Program-made: the position numbers and the translations under genes | Shown: one piece after another, positions 55,670-64,000 of the stretch | How positions within the stretch are numbered: the first letter of the stretch is position 1 | How the letters are laid out: every line of letters begins with the position of its first letter | Origin: Candidatus Pampinifervens sinense | GTDB taxonomy: Bacteria; Aquificota; Aquificia; Aquificales; Aquificaceae | Direction: 5' to 3' | Assembly (NCBI GenBank): GCA_037927135.1 | Contig: JAXSPP010000001.1 | Span: 96,001-160,000, forward strand | DNA: 64,000 nt | The notes under the pieces: model-generated | Database searches by the model: none | Seen by the model: only the letters and a program-made list of their open reading frames with translations | Told to the model about the DNA's origin: nothing

Positions 55670-56533
55670 ATGGATAGGCTTTTGGACCTGTGGCTTAAAA
55701 GTCTAAGCAGGGCAAAAAGCCAGAGGACCATAATAACTTACAAAACGTGCCTTAGCACCTTTCAAAAGCATTTGGGAGAGGGTAAAAGCCTGCTTGAGGC
55801 GGAACAAGGAGATATATACTCTTACATAGACTCCACAAACCTTTCTGTGTCTTCCATACTTACACATCTATCTGCCATAAAGCACTTTTACAGGTTTGCC
55901 TTTAGAAGGGGTTGGCTTGATAAAGAACGCTATTCGGATATAGAGTCTGTAATAGAGGATATTAGGGATGAGTTTTCTACTTCAAGGCTCCAAAGGAGCC
56001 CAAGGGCGCTTACAAAGGAAGAACTCCAAAGAATATTTCAATCTGTAAAGAACACAAAATACGAACGGGTTTATACACTCTTCCTGTATAGTGGTATTAG
56101 GCTATCCGAGTATGCAAAGCTCAGTAGTGAGTTCTTCCGTAAAGATTCAGAAGGTATATACTGGTTGAGGCTTCCCGCGGAAATCACCAAAAGGAAGAAG
56201 GAAAGGATGGTACCTTTGATTGGCCCCACAAAGGAAGAAAGCTTAGAGATAAGCCAAAAGCTTGACCTTTGGCTTGAAGACTACGAAAAATACATAAAAG
56301 TAAACACAGGGTCCTTACAAGTTTTTACCAACAGGCTATCTCAAAGGCTTGGTATTCCTTTCTCAGTTCATAGCTTCCGGCATACCTACATAACAAACCT
56401 TGTTAATGCTGGCTTTCCTGCGGAGGTGGTAAAGGAGTTCGCCGGCCACTCTAACGTAAAGACCACCATAGACATATACTATAGGTTTAGCCAAGACAGG
56501 GCAAAAAACCTTGTAAAGAGCTTTCTTAGATGA
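55670..56533 (+). CDS. Tyrosine recombinase (Xer-like)
   Basis: SAM-like N domain; catalytic R (SGIRLSE), K (TKR), HSFRH, AGH and Y (TTIDIY) all present. Confidence 0.9.
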   Translation: MDRLLDLWLKSLSRAKSQRTIITYKTCLSTFQKHLGEGKSLLEAEQGDIYSYIDSTNLSVSSILTHLSAIKHFYRFAFRRGWLDKERYSDIESVIEDIRDEFSTSRLQRSPRALTKEELQRIFQSVKNTKYERVYTLFLYSGIRLSEYAKLSSEFFRKDSEGIYWLRLPAEITKRKKERMVPLIGPTKEESLEISQKLDLWLEDYEKYIKVNTGSLQVFTNRLSQRLGIPFSVHSFRHTYITNLVNAGFPAEVVKEFAGHSNVKTTIDIYYRFSQDRAKNLVKSFLR

Positions 56534-57306
56534 AGTTCTTTGTGCTTACCATTTTCCCTCAGGTGATAAATTGTTATGCAGAGTATGGTATAGTAAAGCA
56601 AGCCATAAAAAAAGGATCGCTTGAGCTTTATACCGTAGACATAAGAAGGTATGCCCATAAGGGACAAGTGGACGATACGGCCTACGGTGGTCATCCCGGT
56701 ATGGTCATAAAGCCCGAACCAGTCTTTTTTGCCTATGAGGAACTGGTAAAGCTGCATGGAAGACCACATACCATAATTCCACAGCCATGGGGCAAAAGGA
56801 TAGATCAGATGGATTTAGATAGACTTTCAAAGCTTGAAAGTATAGCCGTAATATGTGGAAGGTATGAAGGTTTGGACGAAAGGATAAGCACTCTTGCCGA
56901 TGAAGAGCTGTCTTTGGGAGACTTTGTTTTGGCAGGGGGAGAGCTTTTTGCCCTTGTACTTTTGGAAGGCATTGCAAGGCTTTTGCCAGGCGTTTTAAGT
57001 GAACCAGAAAGTATAAAAAGAGATTCCTTTAGAAGATGGCTTGGCTCTCCAGTTTATACAAGACCTGCGGACTTTAGAGGAATGAAGGTGCCGGATGTTC
57101 TTCTCTCTGGAAACCACCAGCTTATAAGGCTTTGGGAGCTTTGGCATTCTATAGAGAGGACATTAAGGCTAAGGCCGGACCTTGTGCCAAAAGATCTGAC
57201 AGAGTTAGAAAGCTCCATTCTTACAGCCATAAAGGAGGGCCTTACCTTTGAGGGCTGGCTTGAAAGGGTAGGCTATGAGAAGGCAATAAGGATGCTTAAA
57301 GATTAA
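56530..57306 (+). CDS. trmD: tRNA (guanine37-N1)-methyltransferase
   Basis: VDD..YGG.PGM, CGRYEG.DER, GDFVL.GGE, YTRP, VPDVLLSGNH. Confidence 0.95.
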   Translation: MKFFVLTIFPQVINCYAEYGIVKQAIKKGSLELYTVDIRRYAHKGQVDDTAYGGHPGMVIKPEPVFFAYEELVKLHGRPHTIIPQPWGKRIDQMDLDRLSKLESIAVICGRYEGLDERISTLADEELSLGDFVLAGGELFALVLLEGIARLLPGVLSEPESIKRDSFRRWLGSPVYTRPADFRGMKVPDVLLSGNHQLIRLWELWHSIERTLRLRPDLVPKDLTELESSILTAIKEGLTFEGWLERVGYEKAIRMLKD

Positions 57307-58378
57307 CATATTCTAAGGCCACATCTTCTTCAAACCTTTTTATTTCCCTGAGGCGTAGCCTTTTGGCCTCCTGCAAAGCTTCTACATTAAGCTCTCCTAT
57401 CCTTTTGCCTTCTCCTATCAAAAGGGGTGCCACAAAGACCCAAAGCCTGTCAAAAAGTCCCTCTCTTATAAAAGTGGTATGGGTAATAGAACCCCCTTCC
57501 ACCAAAAGGTGCATAACCTCCATAAAGTAAAGCTCCCTTAAAACTTCCTTCAAATCCAATCTCCCATCCTTTGAAGGTGCCAAAAGGACCCTTATACCCA
57601 TCTCTTCCAGCCTTTGTATTTTTTCCCTGTTTTCACTGGCCGTTATTATTATGGTAGGTGCCTTGCCATCCCTTATCAGTTTTAAGTCTTCCCTTATCCT
57701 GAGCTGTGGGTCAAGGACTATCCTTATAGGCTGTCTTTCCCAAGGGAAGGCCCTTATGGTTAGCTCAGGGTCATCTCTCAAAGCTGTGTTTATACCCACA
57801 AGCACGGCCGTTGCTTCCGCCCTTAGCCTGTGAGCAAAGACTCTTGACTCTTGAGAACTTATCCATTTGCTTTCCCCTGTCTTTGTAGCCATAGACCCAT
57901 CTATGCTCTGGGCCCACTTTAGGGTTATGTAAGGCCTCTTTTGCGTTATGTAGATAAAAAAGTCTTCGTTTAGCCTTTTTGCCTCTTCTTCCAACACACC
58001 CACAGACACCTCAATGCCAGCCCTTTTTAGCCTCTCTACACCTTTGCCAGAAACAAGGGGGTTTGGGTCCAATGTGGCAATAACTACCCTCTTTAGCCCA
58101 GCTTTTATTATGGCATCGGTGCAAGGAGGAGTCCTACCATAGTGGGTGCAAGGCTCAAGGGTTACATAAAGGGTAGCTCCTCTGGCCATCTCTCCAGCTT
58201 GCTGTAGGGCTACCACTTCTGCATGAGGCATACCAGCCCTTTCGTGATAGCCTTCACCCACCACCTTTCCATCCTTTACTATTACACAACCCACCGTTGG
58301 ATTTGGATGAGTAAGACCCTTGCGCTTTTGGGCAAGCTCAAGGGCTCTTTTCATAAACTCAAGATCTTTATCTTTCAT
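57296..58378 (-). CDS. ribD: Riboflavin biosynthesis deaminase/reductase
   Basis: PNPTVG, HAE, TLEPC.H.GRTPPC, LVEGG. Confidence 0.95.
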   Translation of the reverse strand: MKDKDLEFMKRALELAQKRKGLTHPNPTVGCVIVKDGKVVGEGYHERAGMPHAEVVALQQAGEMARGATLYVTLEPCTHYGRTPPCTDAIIKAGLKRVVIATLDPNPLVSGKGVERLKRAGIEVSVGVLEEEAKRLNEDFFIYITQKRPYITLKWAQSIDGSMATKTGESKWISSQESRVFAHRLRAEATAVLVGINTALRDDPELTIRAFPWERQPIRIVLDPQLRIREDLKLIRDGKAPTIIITASENREKIQRLEEMGIRVLLAPSKDGRLDLKEVLRELYFMEVMHLLVEGGSITHTTFIREGLFDRLWVFVAPLLIGEGKRIGELNVEALQEAKRLRLREIKRFEEDVALEYVNL

Positions 58379-58650
58379 CAGTCAAATATATCAAAAAGCT
58401 CATCAAAGATGGATTTTCTCTTCTTCTTGTATTTGTATTCCTCATACTTTCTGTAAACATCAGGGTAATCCTTAGTTATTAATCTTAGCTCTTCATCCAA
58501 GCTATTTTCTGCCCTGCGTATGGCCTCTATTATCTTTGACAGTTCTCCCTTATCAAGCCACATGCCACCGCAAGAGGGACAAACATCCACCAGCACACCA
58601 TACCTGTTTACTTCCAAAAGGTCTACATCCACGCATCTAGGACACTTCAT
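58378..58650 (-). CDS. zf-TFIIB zinc-ribbon protein
   Basis: CPRC...CPSCGGMWLDKGEL, KKRKS...LFD tail. Confidence 0.85.
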   Translation of the reverse strand: MKCPRCVDVDLLEVNRYGVLVDVCPSCGGMWLDKGELSKIIEAIRRAENSLDEELRLITKDYPDVYRKYEEYKYKKKRKSIFDELFDIFD

Positions 58651-58654
58651 ACTG

Positions 58655-59080
58655 CTACCTCCTTAAAAACTCCAGCATATCAACGTAGATTATTTTAAAA
58701 GCTTCATCCACAGCCTGCCTTCTGGGCAAATCTCCCAAGGCACCACTGGCTTGTGTGTATGGCACCACCACATGAAAGCTCCTACTTTTCTCATCAATAG
58801 ATAGGCTTACTTTAAGCTCTAAGTTGTAAGCACTTACTCTCTGTTGGGGTGTATAGGCAATAGGCATATCCTTTAAAGCTTCTACTCTTAACCTCACCTC
58901 CTTTGAACCATCATAGCAGCCTATCGTATATCCATCTTCCAAAAGAGCTCTTTCTACAACCTTTCTGAAGGCATAGCTAACGTAGGGCTCACCATACGGA
59001 TTTTGAACTTCTTTTATACAAATGGGTTGCGAGAAAGCAAAGGAAATAAAAGCACACATTGAAAGAAGAAGACCGCGCAT
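58655..59080 (-). CDS. Exported protein, possibly LptE-like
   Basis: Signal peptide; I.I..V.N, alpha/beta pattern, SAY.L.L.V. Confidence 0.4.
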   Translation of the reverse strand: MRGLLLSMCAFISFAFSQPICIKEVQNPYGEPYVSYAFRKVVERALLEDGYTIGCYDGSKEVRLRVEALKDMPIAYTPQQRVSAYNLELKVSLSIDEKSRSFHVVVPYTQASGALGDLPRRQAVDEAFKIIYVDMLEFLRR

Positions 59081-59100
59081 AATTTAAATATGTGGTATAA

Positions 59101-60664
<1,564 letters not shown>

Positions 60665-60679
60665 GTTATAATAGACACT

Positions 60680-61381
60680 ATGGGAAAAAAGATAGGTTTA
60701 GCGCTCTTGTTCGGATCTGTTTTCATCTTTTCCTGTGGTGGTATAACAAAGGAAGAGTTTGATAAAAGAATGCAAGGCGTGGAGGGAAGACTTGCACAGA
60801 TTGAAGAAAGGCAGAGACTACTTGAAGAAAGGAGTCTAAAGACGGAAAGTAGAATAGATACACTATCGGAAAGCATAGCAAGTATAAGGTTAGAGATTGA
60901 AAGGTTAAAGGTAAACAGGGTGCAAGCTCCTACAAAACTTCCCGAACCAAAAAGGGAAGAAGCAAAGCTTCCTCAAGAAAATAAGCCTGCCGTGCAAGAG
61001 GACTATCAGAAGGAGTACGATGAGGCTTACAGGCTTTACAACCTAAGACAGCTCAACCAGGCCAGGGATAAGTTTATAGAGTTTATAAAGAAATATCCCA
61101 AAACGCCTCTGACAGACAATGCCTATCTGTGGCTTGGTGTAATATACAGGGACCTAGGAGAGTTAAACAAGGCTGAAGCCGTGTGGCTTACCCTTGTGGA
61201 AAGATGTCAAAGAAGGGAGATGGTAGACTGCAATAAGGCACCTTCCGCTTTGCTACAATTGGCAAGGCTTTATGAACAAAGGGGAGATGAGAAAAAGGCA
61301 AAGGAGTTTTATGAAGCTATATTAAAGGATTATCCTCTTTCTGAAGAGGCAAGCATAGCAAAGACAAAGCTTGGAAGGTAA
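60680..61381 (+). CDS. YbgF/CpoB-like TPR lipoprotein
   Basis: Lipobox FSC, coiled coil, TPRs (FIKKYP...DNA.LWLG). Confidence 0.8.
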   Translation: MGKKIGLALLFGSVFIFSCGGITKEEFDKRMQGVEGRLAQIEERQRLLEERSLKTESRIDTLSESIASIRLEIERLKVNRVQAPTKLPEPKREEAKLPQENKPAVQEDYQKEYDEAYRLYNLRQLNQARDKFIEFIKKYPKTPLTDNAYLWLGVIYRDLGELNKAEAVWLTLVERCQRREMVDCNKAPSALLQLARLYEQRGDEKKAKEFYEAILKDYPLSEEASIAKTKLGR

Positions 61382-61382
61382 T

Positions 61383-62063
61383 ATGAAAATACCAAGGCAT
61401 TTGGCCGTTATAATGGATGGAAATGGAAGATGGGCAAGGGAGAGAGGCTTGCCAAGGATAGCTGGACATTACCAAGGTGTAAAGAGGGCAGAGGAGCTGG
61501 TTGATGCCTGTTTAGAGTTAGGTATAAGGTGGCTCACCTTCTTTGCCTTTTCTACTGAAAACTGGAAAAGGCCTGAGGCTGAAGTTAGAGCCTTGATGAG
61601 GTTGTTGGAAGTCTATCTGCGGGAAAACTCTCACAAGCTTCTAGAAAAGGGTATAAAGCTTTCTTTCATAGGAAGGAGGGATAGGTTGCCAAAGAGTCTT
61701 GTGGAGGAAATGGAAAAGGCAGAAAGGCTTACTCCCAAACAGGAAAGATTACACGTCCTTCTTGCCGTTGATTATGGTGGAAGGGATGAGATAATAAGAA
61801 CGGCTAAAAAGTTGGTGGAGGCCGGAGTAGATATTAAAGAAGAAACCTTTAAAAACTTTTCAGACCTTGCCAACGTACCAGATCCAGACCTTCTTATAAG
61901 GACCGGTGGAGAAAAGAGAATATCCAACTTCCTTTTGTGGCATTTGGCTTACACTGAACTGTACTTTACCGATGTCTATTGGCCGGACTTTACAAAAGAA
62001 GAACTTCTTAAGGCTATAGAAGACTTTTCAAAGAGGGCAAGGAAGTTTGGTGCAGTTCTCTAA
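61383..62063 (+). CDS. uppS: Undecaprenyl diphosphate synthase
   Basis: HLAVIMDGNGRWA, FSTENWKRP, DLLIRTGGE.RISNFLLW. Confidence 0.96.
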   Translation: MKIPRHLAVIMDGNGRWARERGLPRIAGHYQGVKRAEELVDACLELGIRWLTFFAFSTENWKRPEAEVRALMRLLEVYLRENSHKLLEKGIKLSFIGRRDRLPKSLVEEMEKAERLTPKQERLHVLLAVDYGGRDEIIRTAKKLVEAGVDIKEETFKNFSDLANVPDPDLLIRTGGEKRISNFLLWHLAYTELYFTDVYWPDFTKEELLKAIEDFSKRARKFGAVL

Positions 62064-62763
62064 AGGTAGGGAAGGTATAGGCATACTTATAGGAGTGGTG
62101 ACTATTTTAATCAGTCTGTCTCCTTATGCTATATTTTACCTCGCCTTGCTACTCCTTTCCTCTCTTATAGGATACGAAATTTCAAAAGCTATAGGTTTAA
62201 GGCACTTTTATATAGCACCAACCATCTTTATAGTCTATTCCTTCTCCAAAGAGCTAGCAATATCATTTCTCTTACTTGTATCCCTCTACGTAGGTTGGAA
62301 GTCATGGGATTTTCAAAAGTTTTTAAAATCCATACTGGTAGCTGTGTATGCTGGCCTTCTTCCATCTATTCTGTTGGATATCAAGTCTGCAGAAGACTTT
62401 AACCTTGTAAAACTACTACTTTTTGTTTGGGCTGTGGATATCTTTTCATACTATACAGGCAAGAGGTATGGGAAAAGGCAACTTGCACCTAGGCTTTCTC
62501 CAAAGAAAACATGGGAAGGTTTGTTGGGTGGAGCCTTAGCTGGAAGCCTTATCCTTATGCTTTTTTATGGGCTTGATGGACTTCTCTGGTCTCCTCTAAT
62601 GGTAGCTTCCGCAGTAATGGGGGACCTTTTTAAAAGCTATATTAAAAGAAGCGTTGGTATAAAGGATTTTTCCCATATACTGGGAGAGCATGGTGGTTTT
62701 ACCGATAGGTTTGACTCCCTTATATTTACAGCACCCATCTACCTTTTTCTCTTAAAATTTTAG
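62047..62763 (+). CDS. cdsA: Phosphatidate cytidylyltransferase
   Basis: SPKKTWEG, GDL..S..KR...KD......HGG..DRFDS. Confidence 0.92.
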   Translation: MVQFSKGREGIGILIGVVTILISLSPYAIFYLALLLLSSLIGYEISKAIGLRHFYIAPTIFIVYSFSKELAISFLLLVSLYVGWKSWDFQKFLKSILVAVYAGLLPSILLDIKSAEDFNLVKLLLFVWAVDIFSYYTGKRYGKRQLAPRLSPKKTWEGLLGGALAGSLILMLFYGLDGLLWSPLMVASAVMGDLFKSYIKRSVGIKDFSHILGEHGGFTDRFDSLIFTAPIYLFLLKF

Positions 62764-62765
62764 AC

Positions 62766-64000
62766 ATGGACATTAAGGCGTGGGTTGAGGAAGGGTTAAA
62801 AGGCGGTTATGAATACGAGGTGTATTTGGAGAGAAAGAAGAAGACCGTTATAGAAAGTTCGGAAGAAAAACTTGAAAACCTTATAAGATCTCAGGAGGTA
62901 GGCATAGGTATAAGAGTTTTCAAGGAAAATAAGATGGGCTTTGCCTATACTACAGACCTCAGAAGGGAATCGGTAATAGAGTGTGTTAGAATAGCCATGG
63001 ATATCTGTAATATAACACCTAAGGATGAAGGCTTTGCCCTTGGGGCATGTCAGGCTCTTGGTAAGCTGGAAAGTTATTATGATAAGGAAGGACTTGATAT
63101 TCCCCTTGAAGAGAAGATAGAAACAGTTATCGGTCTAGAAAGGAGAGCAAAGAGTATAGACAAAAGAATAAAGGGTGTGAGAAAAGTTAGCCTGAAGGAA
63201 GTGGAGCTTGAAGTGTCCTGCTTTAACTCCTGCGGGCTCTTCTACGACTATAGGGGGACATGGTATAGCTCTATGATAGCCGTTCTTGCGGAAGAGGATG
63301 GAGATCAGTCCATCTCCTATCACTTTGTAGGTGCCAGAAGTCTTTCTGACCTTCCCATAGAAGACATGGTAGAAGAGGCGGTTTTTAAAGCCACTTCAAC
63401 CCTTAAACCTTCACCCTTTGAAACAAAAAGGATGCCTGTAGTTCTCTATAGGGATGCTTCCGCTATGATATTGGAGGCTTTTAGCCCAATCTTTCTCGGT
63501 GATTCTTTGGTGAAGGATAGGACATTTCTAAAGGGAATGGAAGGAGAGAGGGTTTTCTCTGAAAAGCTCAGCATAGTTGATGATGGTACATTAAAAGGAG
63601 GTTTTATGAGCCTTCCGGTGGATGCGGAAGGGTACCTGACCCAGAAGAAGTTTGTAGTAGAAAAGGGAGTATTTAAAGAGTTTTTACACAGTACCTATAC
63701 TGCCCTTAAGGCAAAAAAAGCCCCAACGGGTAACTCGGTGAGGGAAAGTTTTAAAAACTTACCAACTTCTGGCATAACAAACCTTTACATCCAACCGGGA
63801 GATACAAGCCTTGAGGATATGCTTCAGGAAGAGGTCTTTTTAATAACGGACCTTATGGGCTTGCATACAGTAGATCCCGTTTCAGGTGATTTTTCTCTAG
63901 GAGCTTCTGGTATAATATACAAGGGAGGAAAGAAGAAGCAGAGTGTGAGGGGTGTAGTGATAGGGGGGAATATTAAGGAACTCTGGAATCAGATAAAAGC
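62766..64000 (+). CDS. TldD/PmbA family protein (PmbA-like; 3' end outside the window, missing from the ORF track)
   Basis: Own translation from ATG 62766: MDIKAWVEE..GIGIRV...MGFAYT..., later GLHTVDPVSGDFSLGASG. Confidence 0.85.
   Translation, partial: MDIKAWVEEGLKGGYEYEVYLERKKKTVIESSEEKLENLIRSQEVGIGIRVFKENKMGFAYTTDLRRESVIECVRIAMDICNITPKDEGFALGACQALGKLESYYDKEGLDIPLEEKIETVIGLERRAKSIDKRIKGVRKVSLKEVELEVSCFNSCGLFYDYRGTWYSSMIAVLAEEDGDQSISYHFVGARSLSDLPIEDMVEEAVFKATSTLKPSPFETKRMPVVLYRDASAMILEAFSPIFLGDSLVKDRTFLKGMEGERVFSEKLSIVDDGTLKGGFMSLPVDAEGYLTQKKFVVEKGVFKEFLHSTYTALKAKKAPTGNSVRESFKNLPTSGITNLYIQPGDTSLEDMLQEEVFLITDLMGLHTVDPVSGDFSLGASGIIYKGGKKKQSVRGVVIGGNIKELWNQIK

Noticed and set aside
54391-56533. 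Integrated mobile element or prophage remnant around the tyrosine recombinase
   Set aside because: No flanking direct repeats, tRNA target, replication or phage genes; genes overlap def and trmD like core genes

Overview
A gene-dense, mostly housekeeping chromosomal segment. The gene set (Aquifex-type DnaA, short TopA, Ogg, Fe-SOD, DUF29, DUF2173, PpsA with an insertion) points to a thermophilic Aquificaceae genome (Thermocrinis/Hydrogenobacter-like; inferred). It holds about 72 CDS and one tRNA-Arg(ACG), with no rRNA, IS element or prophage. The most notable signals are: (1) a CRISPR leader with a consensus sigma70 promoter driving ONE 29-nt repeat, a 37-nt spacer-like segment and a long hairpin, i.e. 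a solitary repeat unit with no cas genes (11880-12200); (2) a perfect 11-6-11 dif-like palindrome (54915-54942) upstream of an HTH/coiled-coil gene and a single intact tyrosine recombinase, suggesting a one-recombinase Xer/dif module; (3) a membrane-anchored coiled-coil protein ending in a RelE-like domain, followed by an aRF1-like (baeRF) factor without GGQ and a NYN RNase, divergent from mazG; (4) a sigma54 promoter plus enhancer driving two DUF2173 genes and an SCP2 gene, next to a Tat-signal/cytochrome c chimera that looks like a sorAB deletion scar; (5) several probable pseudo-enzymes and fusions (IscS without the PLP lysine, PilT without Walker A, PLD-HerA); (6) many apparently leaderless genes. 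All calls come from motif recognition by eye; no database searches were run.
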